Shown here: positions 40,236 to 50,785 of the stretch, in pieces
Numbering within the stretch: position 1 is the first letter of the stretch
Layout of the letters: each line of letters opens with the position of its first letter
Program-made: the position numbers and the translations under genes
The notes under the pieces: generated by a model
What the model saw: only the letters and a program-made list of their open reading frames with translations
Told to the model about the DNA's origin: nothing
The model's database searches: none
Assembly (NCBI GenBank): GCA_947653375.1
Contig: CANTHA010000001.1
Span: 1 to 56,046 of the forward strand
DNA from: an uncultured Clostridium sp.
Lineage (GTDB): Bacteria; Bacillota; Clostridia; TANB77; CAG-508
Length of the DNA: 56,046 nt
Direction: 5' to 3'

Positions 40236-40327
40236 TAAATGCTTATATATTAATATTTTTTGCAAAAAACATAGCTATGGTCTACCATGGGGTCTTTTGC
40301 TACAAAATATTAATATATAAGCATTTA
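40236..40327. repeat. 92-nt near-perfect palindrome between purB and recX
   Basis: taaatgcttatatattaatatttt (24 nt) recurs as a perfect reverse complement at 40304-40327. The arms extend through ttgcaaaa/ttttgc.a. The ~27-nt centre contains ccatgg. Confidence 0.8.
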
Positions 40328-40403
40328 GAATATTGTATAAATTGCATCTTGCCTTTTAATATAATTTATAGTAGAATAATGTAGTAAAAAGAGAGGTAAC
40401 TAA

Positions 40404-40847
40404 ATGTATACAATAGAAGAATTTGATAAACAAAAAATAAAAGTATTAAAATATATATTATACAAAAAAAGAAGTGAAAATGAAGTGTGCAATAAATTTT
40501 CAGCAACAATAGAAGAAAATTTGTTAGATGATATTATTGAATATTTAAAAGAAGCAAATTATATAAATGATAAACAGTATATAGAAAAAACAATCAATAA
40601 TTTTATAGCATTAAGAAATTTATCAATCAGAGAAATAAAATATAAATTACTTTCAAAAGGAATAAAAAAGAATGATATAGAAAATTATATTAGTGAAAAT
40701 ATAGAAGAGCTAGAACAATATGAAATAAAATCAGCGTCAAATATAATATATAAAAAATCTGCAAGTATGGAACAAGAAGAAATAAAACAATATCTAATAA
40801 AAAAAGGATATAAAATAGATAACATAGAAAAAGCAATAGAAGCATAG
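40404..40847 (+). CDS. recX: RecX-like regulatory protein
   Basis: 147 aa with repeated helical units (...YINDKQY....I......S.REIKYKL..KGI). The position next to recA is as in many Firmicutes. Confidence 0.75.
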   Translation: MYTIEEFDKQKIKVLKYILYKKRSENEVCNKFSATIEENLLDDIIEYLKEANYINDKQYIEKTINNFIALRNLSIREIKYKLLSKGIKKNDIENYISENIEELEQYEIKSASNIIYKKSASMEQEEIKQYLIKKGYKIDNIEKAIEA

Positions 40848-40855
40848 GAGGAAAA

Positions 40856-41608
40856 ATGTCAATATTATCGTTAGAAACAAAAAAATATGCAATAAAGATA
40901 AATAATTTTGAAGGACCACTAGATTTATTATGTCATTTAATAGATAAAAATAAAATGAATATATATGATATAAATCTTAGCGAAATTACAGATCAATATA
41001 TACAATATTTAAGAGAGCAAGAGCAATTAAACCTAGAAATAGCTAGTGAATTTGTTATAATGGCATCAACTTTATTATTTTTAAAATCAAAAAAATTACT
41101 ACCAAAACAAGAGGAAGAAGATGAAGAAATAACAGAAGAAGAACTAATTAGAAGAATTATAGAATATAAAAAGTTTAAAGAAATAAGTAAAACCTTTAGA
41201 GAACACTATAATATATATTCTAATAGAGCTTTTAAAGGTATAGAAGAAATAGAATTACCAAAAAAGAAATTAGAATTAAATTATGAAAGTAATTTAATTC
41301 CAAAATTGTATAAAAAATTAATTGAAAGAAGTGTAGTAAAATTAAATAAAAATGCAAAAAATATTGAGAAAATTGCTATAGTAGAAAATTATTCTGTTAC
41401 AAGTAAAGTAAAACAAATGTTTAAAATACTAGTGAAACAGAAGAGATTTGTATTTAACCAATTGTTTTCTATCAAGAAGCATAATAAACAAGAAGTTGTA
41501 ACAGCATTTTCGGGATTGCTAGAAATGTCAAGAAGAAGTAAAGTTGAAACACAGCAAAAAGAATTATTTGGAGATATAACAGTAGAAAAAGCAAAGAAAA
41601 TAAGTTAA
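40856..41608 (+). CDS. scpA: Segregation and condensation protein A
   Basis: FEGPLDLLCHLI.KNKM.IYDI.L.EITDQY..YL is a typical ScpA N-terminus. Confidence 0.9.
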   Translation: MSILSLETKKYAIKINNFEGPLDLLCHLIDKNKMNIYDINLSEITDQYIQYLREQEQLNLEIASEFVIMASTLLFLKSKKLLPKQEEEDEEITEEELIRRIIEYKKFKEISKTFREHYNIYSNRAFKGIEEIELPKKKLELNYESNLIPKLYKKLIERSVVKLNKNAKNIEKIAIVENYSVTSKVKQMFKILVKQKRFVFNQLFSIKKHNKQEVVTAFSGLLEMSRRSKVETQQKELFGDITVEKAKKIS

Positions 41609-41626
41609 TGTTTAAAAAACTAAAAT

Positions 41627-42289
41627 ATGGAAAAACTAATATTAAATCCTTTGGAGAAGGTGATAATATTGGTTTTTATTTTTTTGATTTTAATAATTTT
41701 ATTAATTACATTAATATTTATGTATTCAAAAATAAACATAGAAATAAATAATTTTAAGTTTTCATCTGAAACAAAAAGACATTTAAATAAAAATTATAAT
41801 ATAATTATTAGATTGTATATATTTTCAATAATTCCATTACTAAAAGTAAATATAACTAAAACAAAAATGGAAAAACTAAAATTAAAAGAGAAAATAGATA
41901 AAATAGATTTTAAGGCGATTAGAGATAGAAATCAAATAGATGAAAAAGCATTAGAAGCATTAAAAGAATTAAATATAGATATACAAAATATAAAACTAAA
42001 AATAGATTTAGGAACAGAAAATGCAAGTTTAACATCAATAATTATACCTATTATTAGCACTATAATTGGGATAATTTTAAGTAGAAAAATAAAGAAAATA
42101 GAAAATCAATCATTTATAATTAAACCAGTATATATTAACGAAAATTTAATAAATATTGATTTTTCAGGTATATTTGAATTAAAAATGAGACATATTATAA
42201 ATATAATATATATGTTAAATAAAAAAGAGGGAGTGAAAGAATATGAACGAACATCCAATAGAGGCTCTTATGATTACAGCTATGAATAG
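41627..42289 (+). CDS. DUF2953/YtfI-like sporulation membrane protein
   Basis: N-terminal TM helix. The position immediately upstream of, and overlapping, ytfJ matches the Bacillus ytfI-ytfJ arrangement. Confidence 0.55.
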   Translation: MEKLILNPLEKVIILVFIFLILIILLITLIFMYSKINIEINNFKFSSETKRHLNKNYNIIIRLYIFSIIPLLKVNITKTKMEKLKLKEKIDKIDFKAIRDRNQIDEKALEALKELNIDIQNIKLKIDLGTENASLTSIIIPIISTIIGIILSRKIKKIENQSFIIKPVYINENLINIDFSGIFELKMRHIINIIYMLNKKEGVKEYERTSNRGSYDYSYE

Positions 42290-42851
42290 TATTCAAGATA
42301 TGATTGATGTTAATACAATAGTTGGAGAACCAATAGAAACTTCTAATAATATAGTTATTATACCAATATCAAAAGTATCATTTGGATTTGCAGCAGGAGG
42401 AAGTGAATTTAAAGGTGAAACAATTAATGAATATACAAAAAAAGAAAAAGAAGAAGAAATACAATATAGACTTCCATTTGGAGGAGGATCAGGAGCAGGA
42501 GTAACAATAAATCCAGTAGCATTTTTAGTTATACAACAAAACAATGTTAAATTAGTACCTGTTAGTCATTCATCATCTTTAGATAAATTACTAGATTATG
42601 TACCTGATTTAATTGAAAAAGCAACTGAAGTAATGGATAAATGTTTAAAAAGCAAAAAAGAAGAAACAGAACAAATTTTAAGGAAGATGCAAAAAAATCA
42701 TGATAAAAATATGAAAAAACAACAAGATGATAAAAGAGAAATTGAAAGGAAAATTGAAAAAGAAGTTGAAAAGGTAAAAGAAGAGAAGAAACCTAAAATA
42801 GAAGAATTAAATTATGAATTTGAATATGATGAGAATATAGAAGACGAATAG
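42243..42851 (+). CDS. ytfJ: Sporulation protein YtfJ (GerW family) with a charged C-terminal extension
   Basis: HPIEALM......IVGEPIE......IIPISKVSFGFAAGGSEF...GGGSGAGV.I.PVAFLV. Confidence 0.85.
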   Translation: MNEHPIEALMITAMNSIQDMIDVNTIVGEPIETSNNIVIIPISKVSFGFAAGGSEFKGETINEYTKKEKEEEIQYRLPFGGGSGAGVTINPVAFLVIQQNNVKLVPVSHSSSLDKLLDYVPDLIEKATEVMDKCLKSKKEETEQILRKMQKNHDKNMKKQQDDKREIERKIEKEVEKVKEEKKPKIEELNYEFEYDENIEDE

Positions 42852-42883
42852 AGGGAATTGAATATATGTCAATTCCCTTTTTT
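42852..42883 (+). terminator. Rho-independent terminator
   Basis: agggaattga-atatatg-tcaattccct followed by ttttt. Confidence 0.85.
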
Positions 42884-43086
42884 AACTTTAAGGGGAAGAG
42901 TTCATTCTAGGATACTCTATTGTTATAACATTAAAGGTAAACACATTGAAAAAATATACAATTATATTATGTAAAAAGTGGGAAGAATTTTAAATATAAT
43001 TACAAAAAATCTTAAAAAATGTTTTAAATTTGGCAATTTTATGCTATACTAAAAATAGTATGAGAAAAGAAAGGTGGATTTGTATT

Positions 43087-43326
43087 ATGATGCAATTAAC
43101 TAATATTCAAGAAATAGAAACAGCAATAAATGAATACGGAGAAATAGTAATAATTAAAAATAATAAAAATGATGTAATAGTAATGAGTATGGAAGAATAT
43201 AAAAAAAATAATATGAAAACCGATATTATAAAAAAATTAAAAAAATCAGAAGAAGAAATTGAAAATGGAGAAGGCATTGAATCTGATATTGCATTTAAGG
43301 AGTTGAGACAGAAATATGGATACTAA
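43087..43326 (+). CDS. Phd/YefM-type antitoxin
   Basis: About 80 aa starting at the ATG 9 nt after GGTGG. The N-terminus (..I.E....INEYGEIVIIKNNKNDVIVMSMEEY) is Phd/YefM-like. It overlaps the toxin gene by 11 nt. Confidence 0.7.
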   Translation: MMQLTNIQEIETAINEYGEIVIIKNNKNDVIVMSMEEYKKNNMKTDIIKKLKKSEEEIENGEGIESDIAFKELRQKYGY

Positions 43327-43642
43327 AAAATATAAAGTAATAATTACACCAACAGCATATAAAGAAATTAATAAAATATATGATTATATTACAGATGATT
43401 TATATGCTGAAAATGCAACAAAAAGATTAATGAATAAAGTTGAACAAGAAGTACAAAGACTCAAAGATGCACCGAAAATACATACTGAAATTGAAAAATT
43501 TGATGAATTAAAAAGAGTTTATAGAAGAATAGTTGTTGATAATTATGTAATACTTTATATAATAGATGAAGATAATGAAGTTGTATTTGTTTCTCACATG
43601 TATTATGGTCGAAGAAATTATATGAATAATGATTTATTATGA
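43316..43642 (+). CDS. RelE/ParE-family toxin
   Basis: 108 aa with Y.V.IT..A..EI..IYDYI.........A.......E.....L...P......E......YRRI.V.NY...Y.ID......V......Y..RNY. Confidence 0.7.
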   Translation: MDTKKYKVIITPTAYKEINKIYDYITDDLYAENATKRLMNKVEQEVQRLKDAPKIHTEIEKFDELKRVYRRIVVDNYVILYIIDEDNEVVFVSHMYYGRRNYMNNDLL

Positions 43643-43723
43643 AAATATTATAAATACTTTAAACAAAGATAAGTTTAGAGTATTTTTTTACAAAAATAGG
43701 AAGTTTTTAAGATAAAAAAATAA

Positions 43724-44227
43724 AAGTATGATATAATTCCTTTAAATAAAGATAGAGAAGATCTTAATAAAATGAACTTTAATATAGTCAATATAGATAT
43801 TTCAAAAGAAAACAAACAAGAAATTACAGAAAAGTTTAATAGTGTAAATGCAATATTTGTTGCTGGTGGAAATAGTTTTTATTTATTACAACAATTAAAA
43901 ATGAAAGATGTTTTACAAGAATTAATAGAGTTTGCAAATACTAAAATCTATATAGGTTCAAGTGCTGGTGCATGTATTACTTGTCCATCTATTGATTATT
44001 TTGAGGATTTAGATGACAAATCACAAGCACCACTATTAAATAATTGTGAAGCAATGAATTTAATAGATTTTTACATTTTACCGAATTATAAAAGCAAAGA
44101 AAAATATACTAAAGTAGCTGACGAAATTGAAAAAAGTTACAATAACTATAAATTTATAAAATTATCTAACGAACAGGCTATTATAGTATATGATATGAAA
44201 AACTATAAAGTAGTAGAAACAAAATAG
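43724..44227 (+). pseudogene. 5'-truncated peptidase E (S51) remnant
   Basis: IFVAGGNSFYLLQQLK....L.E......YIGSSAGA is the S51 core. The frame opens only at 43724, so the N-terminal ~60 aa of the family are absent. Confidence 0.55.
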
Positions 44228-44231
44228 AGAG

Positions 44232-44426
44232 ATGATAATGATAAATCAGATGATTTATTTGCACCTATTACCATTTGATGGAACAATAGATTGGAACTAT
44301 GTTATGAAGAAATTAAACGAATGTAATTATAATGGTTGCATTACAATGCAATTGTGTTATAGATATAATTATTTAAATATGTCTCTTAATGATTTTTACA
44401 AAGTTGGCTATGAAAGAGAGGTTTAG
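44232..44426 (+). pseudogene. C-terminal fragment of a xylose-isomerase-like TIM-barrel (sugar phosphate isomerase/epimerase) gene
   Basis: Only ~60 aa, HLLPFDGTIDWNYVMKKLNECNYNGCITMQL, matching the last beta-alpha units of that fold. Confidence 0.45.
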
Positions 44427-44615
44427 AATTATCAAAAATTGCAAATAAAAACTAATTAAGTTTAAATAAAGATAAAAAATAATCAAGTGGTTACAAAAAC
44501 TGAACTTTATAAAGAGTTATTAAAATATTTAAAAAAATAATATAAAAGGCTATTCAAATGAATAGTCTTTTATCAATAATTATAGAGTAATTCAACAGTT
44601 ATACAGGGATAATTA

Positions 44616-45854
44616 TTAACTTCTCAAAAGATCAACCCACTTATAAATAACTTTTTTAGACATGGTAAATAGATTTATTTTATCAACATCATTTTTAGCA
44701 ATAAGATTTACAGTAGATAATACTTCACCATCTAAAGTAAAAACTACCTCTCCTAATTTTTGTCCAGCACTAATTGGAGCCGATATATTTTCATTCAAAG
44801 ATAAATTTTGTTCAATATTTTTATCTTTTCCTTTTTCAATTAAAGTACCTAAATTATTTTCAAGTATTGCATCAACATCATTATAATTTCCTTTATCTAC
44901 AGATATATTTTTAACAGTTTCTCCTTTTTTTCCAAATTGTTTAAAAGAAAAATTATTAAATCCATAATTTAATAGCTTTTGAGCCTCTTCAAATCTAATT
45001 TTTGTTGAAGGTGCTTTCATAATAACTGCTATAAGAGATAAATCATCCCTAGTTGCACTTGCTGAAAGATTATATAAAGCTAAACTAGTAGAACCTGTTT
45101 TTAATCCTGTTGCACCTTTAAAAGTTTTTATTAATTTATTAGTGTTAGTAAGTTCAGATTTTCCACCTCTTAATGAATCAGTCCAGATAGTAGTATAGTT
45201 AGTTATACTAGGATGATTATTTAATAATTCTTTTGACATTTGTGCTATATCATAGCTTGAAGTAACATGACCATCTTCATCAAGTCCATGACAGTTTTTA
45301 AAAGTAGTATCATTCATACCAAGTTGTTTTGCTTTATCATTCATCATTTGAACAAATGCATCTTCTGATCCTGCAATATACTCTGCCATTGCAACAACAC
45401 AATCATTAGCAGAAGCTACACATATAGCTTTTAACATTTCGTCAACACTTAAAGTTTCACGTGGATCCAACCAAATTTGTGAGCCACCCATAGAACTTGC
45501 AGTTTCACTACAAGGTACAGAATCTGTTAAAGAAATTTTACCACTATCAATAGCTTCCATTATTAAAAGTATACTCATTACTTTAGTAACAGATGCAGGT
45601 CGAAGTTGCTCATGAGGGTTATGAGAATATAATACTTGACCCGTAGACTGTTCAATTAATATAGCTGATGCAGATTCTAAATTTAAAGAATCATTTTCAT
45701 TAACTGTGCTATTTGTAGGAATAGCATTTAAAGATTCTGAATTATTAGACCATACATATGCAGAATTTTCCTCTATTGCAAAACTATATGGTACTATACA
45801 GCTAATAATTATTATAATAATACATATGGAAATAAATAATTTATTTTGTGACAT
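44616..45854 (-). CDS. D-alanyl-D-alanine carboxypeptidase (S11, PBP5/DacB/DacF-like)
   Basis: Signal peptide, SVTKVM (SxxK), ASAND (SxN-like), KTGST (KTG) and a C-terminal beta-sandwich domain. Confidence 0.9.
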   Translation of the reverse strand: MSQNKLFISICIIIIIISCIVPYSFAIEENSAYVWSNNSESLNAIPTNSTVNENDSLNLESASAILIEQSTGQVLYSHNPHEQLRPASVTKVMSILLIMEAIDSGKISLTDSVPCSETASSMGGSQIWLDPRETLSVDEMLKAICVASANDCVVAMAEYIAGSEDAFVQMMNDKAKQLGMNDTTFKNCHGLDEDGHVTSSYDIAQMSKELLNNHPSITNYTTIWTDSLRGGKSELTNTNKLIKTFKGATGLKTGSTSLALYNLSASATRDDLSLIAVIMKAPSTKIRFEEAQKLLNYGFNNFSFKQFGKKGETVKNISVDKGNYNDVDAILENNLGTLIEKGKDKNIEQNLSLNENISAPISAGQKLGEVVFTLDGEVLSTVNLIAKNDVDKINLFTMSKKVIYKWVDLLRS

Positions 45855-45974
45855 AAAAATACCTCCGTTTTTTATTAAAATTATATGTCACAAAAGAATA
45901 AAAAGAACTATATAAAAGCCGAAACTTAAAAATGTAAATTCAAGTTTCAATTTTTAAAAATGATTAGTTTATAC

Positions 45975-46008
45975 AAAAGTTATAATATATATTAAAATAG
46001 TATAATTT
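45975..46008 (+). repeat. Solo left cap of the repeat family
   Basis: 34 nt identical to 22161-22194 (aaaagttataatatatattaaaatagtataattt). No core follows. Confidence 0.75.
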
Positions 46009-46086
46009 TAATATATGTAAACAATTGACAAGATAATATGATTAATATATACTAAAAAAGATTTAATAAATGATGTGGGAGATTAT

Positions 46087-47154
46087 ATGAAAAAAGAAAG
46101 AAAATCAAACATTGAATTACTTAGAATTGTGGCAATGTTATTAATAATAAGTTTTCATTATGTATATAAAAGTGGATTTATATTTGAAGAGCTTTCCATA
46201 AATTCATTTATCGTAAAATCTTTTTATATGTTTGGAGAATTAGGAGTAAATATATTTATATTAATTACTGGATATTTTATGATAAATAGTAAGTTTTCAG
46301 TAAAAAAATTAATATGTTTAATTTTAGAAGTAGATTTTTATTACATAATTTCTATTTTTATAGGACAAAAATTAGGATTTACTCAGATAGATACAATAAA
46401 AGATTGTTTTTTAATGTTTTTCCCAACAATACTTAATAAATATTGGTTTATAACTGCATATATTATTTTATATATTCTTTCACCATATTTGAATATTCTT
46501 ATAAAAAATATGGAAAGAAAAGAACATAAAAGTTTAATAATAATTTCATTATTATTGTGGTGTATAATACCAACATTTTTTGGAATATTTTCTAATACTA
46601 CAGAAAATATGATGTATTATTCAAGATTAATATGGTTAATAGTTATGTATTTAGTAGGAGCATATATTAAAATATATCCTATAAAAATATTTAATAAGAA
46701 AAGAAAAGCTATAATATATTCAATTTTTTCTTATACTGTAATGCTTATTTCAATTGTTGTTATAAATAAATATAAAAATATATTTGAAACTTTAGGAACT
46801 ACGGAAGTTGCTTATTTTTGGCCTCCAAATACAATACCTATGTTTTTATTAAGCGTTTCTGTATTTGAAATTTTCTTAAATATTAAAATAAAGTGCATTA
46901 AAATAATAAACATAATGGCGTCAACAACATTAGGAATTTATATGATACATGATGGTATATTAAATCGTTATATTTGGGACACAATTTTTAAAACAAATGA
47001 ACATTTAAGTAATAACTCGTGGACTATAATATTACACATAATATCTACAGCAATTATTATATTTGTTTTTGGAATGATTATAGACCTAGTAAGGCAATTT
47101 TTAGAAAAAATAACTATAAAGAAAATATTAAATTCAAAAATGTTGGATAAATAA
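46087..47154 (+). CDS. Acyltransferase family 3 membrane protein (O-acyltransferase)
   Basis: NIELLRIVAMLLIISFHY... and ~10 TM helices. Promoter TTGACA-17-TATACT at 46026-46054. Confidence 0.8.
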   Translation: MKKERKSNIELLRIVAMLLIISFHYVYKSGFIFEELSINSFIVKSFYMFGELGVNIFILITGYFMINSKFSVKKLICLILEVDFYYIISIFIGQKLGFTQIDTIKDCFLMFFPTILNKYWFITAYIILYILSPYLNILIKNMERKEHKSLIIISLLLWCIIPTFFGIFSNTTENMMYYSRLIWLIVMYLVGAYIKIYPIKIFNKKRKAIIYSIFSYTVMLISIVVINKYKNIFETLGTTEVAYFWPPNTIPMFLLSVSVFEIFLNIKIKCIKIINIMASTTLGIYMIHDGILNRYIWDTIFKTNEHLSNNSWTIILHIISTAIIIFVFGMIIDLVRQFLEKITIKKILNSKMLDK

Positions 47155-47190
47155 TAAAAATATAATTAATATAAGAAAGTAAGGTAAAAA

Positions 47191-48753
47191 ATGGAAAAAA
47201 TAAAAGATAATATTTTATATGTAATAGGAGGACTAATTTTTGCATTATCAAGTTCAATACTATCTCTACAATTAATAGTAGTTAATTATTATGAGAAATC
47301 AAACATAATAATTACATTTATAGTATCTTTTTTATGTGCTATTTATTTTTGGATTAAAACATCAAAGTCAACTATTAAACTTATTAAAAACAATATTAGC
47401 TTTTCAATTATATGTAGCATTGTAATGTCTATTATTATAGCTCAGTTATATTTAACAAAAGGTATAGAATGTAAAGAAATATCTAAAAACTGGATTTTTA
47501 ATATATTTAGAATTAAAAGTTTTATATTTTCTTTAATATCTTTAATATATATAGGCATTTTTATTGGAGAAAAAATAAAAAAGTGGATAATAGAATTTTA
47601 TAAATCACTCGACTTATGGGATAAAAGAGCATATATGATTGCAACTATAATATGTTTTATAGTTATACTAATTGCGTATTGTACAAATAATAAATGGTTT
47701 TTACAATATGATAAAGTATATTCTTTAGATTCAGAATGGTGCTTTAATAAAATTTTCCCAATGTCTACATATTATGATATTAGACATCCTATTTTAAGTA
47801 TTTTTACATTTCCTATATGGGCAATTGTACACACATTAGTAAATATTATTTTTCCAAGTAATCTATCAGAATTAGCAACTGCTATAATATTACAATTAAT
47901 AAATGCACAATTATTAATATTAATAGGACTACAAATTAAAATATTAACTAAAAATAAATTTGTATTTGTACTATATATGCTATCATTTTCAACTATATTA
48001 TATGGAATGTTTTTTGAAAAATATCAACTATGTGTATTTTTAATAGTATTATATGTATTTAGTATTTGTAATAAAAAGCATGGCTCAATACCAACTTTAG
48101 TTGGTGCAACAGGGGGAATGCCGACAAGTTGTTTTATAGGTGTTGCAGAATTATTAAAATCTGGAAAAGTCAAAGAAAAAATAAGTAGAATATTAAAAAT
48201 AATAATTGTAACAATATGTACATTTATAGTTTTAGGAAGAGCACATTTACTAAAAAATGGAATATCTGAAATAACTACTATGAGAGAACAATTTTCTAAT
48301 GAAACTTATACAGTTAAAGAAAAACTAATATCAACAACAAAGATGTTTCAGAGTTCTTTAGTAGCTTTACCATCTAGTACAACAGTAAGAGAAAATATGT
48401 ATTGGTGGGAAAATCTAGAAAGCAAAATATCATTTATTGCAATAATAATTATAGGGGTAATGATTGTAGGAGCAATTGTAAATAGAAAAGAATTATTTGT
48501 AAAAATTGCAACTGTTTGGTCTATATTTGCCTTAATATTATTTGTGATTTTAAACTGGAGTACACAGGAAACTCCATTATTTACAATATATTTTTCATGG
48601 GCAATCATTCCACTTTTTGTAATGGGATTAGATTTTATAATTAAGAAATTAAAAATGAATCCTAAAATTATTTATGGAATTATTATGATTTTTATAACAG
48701 TAATTAATATAATTACAATTTTTGATATACAAGATTTTCTTACAAAATTGTAA
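47191..48753 (+). CDS. Large polytopic membrane protein, candidate GT-C-type glycosyltransferase or polymerase
   Basis: 520 aa with more than 12 predicted hydrophobic helices and no soluble domain recognised. The call rests on architecture and neighbourhood only. Confidence 0.4.
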   Translation: MEKIKDNILYVIGGLIFALSSSILSLQLIVVNYYEKSNIIITFIVSFLCAIYFWIKTSKSTIKLIKNNISFSIICSIVMSIIIAQLYLTKGIECKEISKNWIFNIFRIKSFIFSLISLIYIGIFIGEKIKKWIIEFYKSLDLWDKRAYMIATIICFIVILIAYCTNNKWFLQYDKVYSLDSEWCFNKIFPMSTYYDIRHPILSIFTFPIWAIVHTLVNIIFPSNLSELATAIILQLINAQLLILIGLQIKILTKNKFVFVLYMLSFSTILYGMFFEKYQLCVFLIVLYVFSICNKKHGSIPTLVGATGGMPTSCFIGVAELLKSGKVKEKISRILKIIIVTICTFIVLGRAHLLKNGISEITTMREQFSNETYTVKEKLISTTKMFQSSLVALPSSTTVRENMYWWENLESKISFIAIIIIGVMIVGAIVNRKELFVKIATVWSIFALILFVILNWSTQETPLFTIYFSWAIIPLFVMGLDFIIKKLKMNPKIIYGIIMIFITVINIITIFDIQDFLTKL

Positions 48754-48768
48754 TAAAAGGAGAGAATT

Positions 48769-49884
48769 ATGCAGTTACAAGAAGCAATAACAATGAAAGA
48801 ACCAATAAGATATAGCAAAAAAGAAGAAATTGTAGTTAATAAAAAAAGTGAAAGAATTACATACATAGATACAGCAAAAGCAATAGCTATATTTTTAACA
48901 ATTGTATCACATTCAGGATTAAGATACCATCCAATCAATCAATTTATATGTTCATTTCATATGCCATTATTTTTCTTTGTAGCAGGATGGACACAGAAAA
49001 ATAAAAAAATAACAGGTTTTATTGAATGGAAAGATTTTTTATTAAAAAAGACATGTACTTTATTAGTTCCATATATATTATATTCATTGATTTCATCAAA
49101 TGGGTTAGATTTATCTAATTTTAAATATATATTTTATGGTAATATATTTTCACTAAATCATATTGGAGCAATTGGAACAATTTGGTTTTTACCATGCATG
49201 TTTATAACTGTAGTAATCTATCAAATAACAGTCAATTTAATTAATAAATTTAAAAATAAATCAATAAGATATGGTGTTTTAATTGGTGTACTAGTAATAT
49301 ATGGAATGATTAGTAGTTACTTTAATTTTTATAAAGTTTCTGAAATGGGTGTACCATTAAGTAGTAATATTGCATTATCTGGTGTAATATTCATGTTTGT
49401 AGGAAAATATATAGCAACATTATATAATAAATTAAAAGAAAAATTTAAACAAGCAAAAAATAAAAATAGTATTTTTATAATATCACTAATATTTTTAATA
49501 ATTGGTATGATATTATATAAGTTAAATAAAGAAGCATTTATGTTTGAAAAATATAATTTTGGAATTGTAATGGCTGAAGCATGGTATGGAAATTACTTTA
49601 TATTTTTAATAAATGCAATAATATGCTCAATAGGAATTGTTTTATTAAGTATGGTAATAGATAATAAATTTTTAAGATATTTTGGAAAAAATACGCTTAT
49701 AATATTATATTTTCATATACAAGTACTTGGAATAAGTAATGCATATATTACAAATCAATTACCAAATGGAACATATAAATGCTTTGTAAATTCTATAATT
49801 ACATTTTTAGCAATGGGATTAATAATACCAATAATAAATAAATTATTTCCTAATTTATCAGGAAAATTTATAAATGAAAAATAA
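48769..49884 (+). CDS. Acyltransferase family 3 membrane protein
   Basis: ITYIDTAKAIAIFLTIVSH...FHMPLFFFVAGW is a typical acyltransferase-3 N-terminus. RBS aaaggagag. Confidence 0.8.
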   Translation: MQLQEAITMKEPIRYSKKEEIVVNKKSERITYIDTAKAIAIFLTIVSHSGLRYHPINQFICSFHMPLFFFVAGWTQKNKKITGFIEWKDFLLKKTCTLLVPYILYSLISSNGLDLSNFKYIFYGNIFSLNHIGAIGTIWFLPCMFITVVIYQITVNLINKFKNKSIRYGVLIGVLVIYGMISSYFNFYKVSEMGVPLSSNIALSGVIFMFVGKYIATLYNKLKEKFKQAKNKNSIFIISLIFLIIGMILYKLNKEAFMFEKYNFGIVMAEAWYGNYFIFLINAIICSIGIVLLSMVIDNKFLRYFGKNTLIILYFHIQVLGISNAYITNQLPNGTYKCFVNSIITFLAMGLIIPIINKLFPNLSGKFINEK

Positions 49885-49903
49885 TAGATAGTAAGAGGAA
49901 AAA

Positions 49904-50776
49904 ATGAAAAAAATAGTAAATTATATAAAATTAATGAGAGTACAACATTATATTAAAAATATCTTAATATTTATGCCAATTGTATTTTCTAAAAATATAT
50001 TTAATATAGAAATTCTAACAAATACAATAATAGGAGCTATATCATTTAGTTTAATGTCATCTATAGTTTATATTATAAATGATATAATTGATATTGAAGC
50101 TGATAAAAAACATCAAAAGAAGAAATTCAGACCAATTGCATCTGGCAATATTTCAATAAAAGAAGCATATATTATTGCAATAATATTATTAATAATAAGT
50201 AGTTTGTTAAATATGTATATAAAAGCTAACTTATTGTCATGTGCAATATTTTACGGATATTTAGGAATTAATCTTCTTTATAGTTTCAAATTAAAACATA
50301 TTCCTATAATGGATATAGTAATATTAGCATCTGGATTTTTATTAAGATTATTATATGGTTCACAAATTACAGGTATACAAATATCAAATTGGCTATATTT
50401 AACTATATTATCATTTTCATTTTATATGGCTTTAGGAAAAAGAAGAAATGAGTTAGAAAAAATAGGAAATGATTCTAGAAAAGTATTAGAATATTATAAT
50501 AAGTCTTTTTTAGATAATAATATGTATATGTGTGTAGCTTTAGGAATTATATTTTATTCATTGTGGTGTATTGATATAAATAGTAGTGTAAATGGAATAG
50601 TAAATCTTATATGGACAGTACCATTTGTAATAATTATATGTATGAAATATAGTTTAAATATTGAAGGAGATTCATTAGGAGATCCAGTTGATGTAATATT
50701 AAATGATAAAATACTATTTATTTTAGTTATTGCATATTCAATAATTATGTTTAGTGCTATATATTTTAATAGGTAA
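49904..50776 (+). CDS. UbiA-family prenyl-phosphate phosphoribosyltransferase (DPPR-synthase-like)
   Basis: LMRVQHYIKNILIF.P, NDIIDIEADKKHQKKKFRPIASGNIS, ALGKRRNELE and RKVLEYY parallel the mycobacterial Rv3806c-type motifs. Confidence 0.75.
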   Translation: MKKIVNYIKLMRVQHYIKNILIFMPIVFSKNIFNIEILTNTIIGAISFSLMSSIVYIINDIIDIEADKKHQKKKFRPIASGNISIKEAYIIAIILLIISSLLNMYIKANLLSCAIFYGYLGINLLYSFKLKHIPIMDIVILASGFLLRLLYGSQITGIQISNWLYLTILSFSFYMALGKRRNELEKIGNDSRKVLEYYNKSFLDNNMYMCVALGIIFYSLWCIDINSSVNGIVNLIWTVPFVIIICMKYSLNIEGDSLGDPVDVILNDKILFILVIAYSIIMFSAIYFNR

Positions 50777-50785
50777 AGGGAAGAT

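Noticed and set aside
41609-42289. Absence of scpB immediately after scpA, considered as a possible anomaly.
   Set aside because: scpB may simply be encoded elsewhere, and the window cannot show that. The ORF after scpA has a YtfI/DUF2953-like architecture and is coupled to ytfJ.
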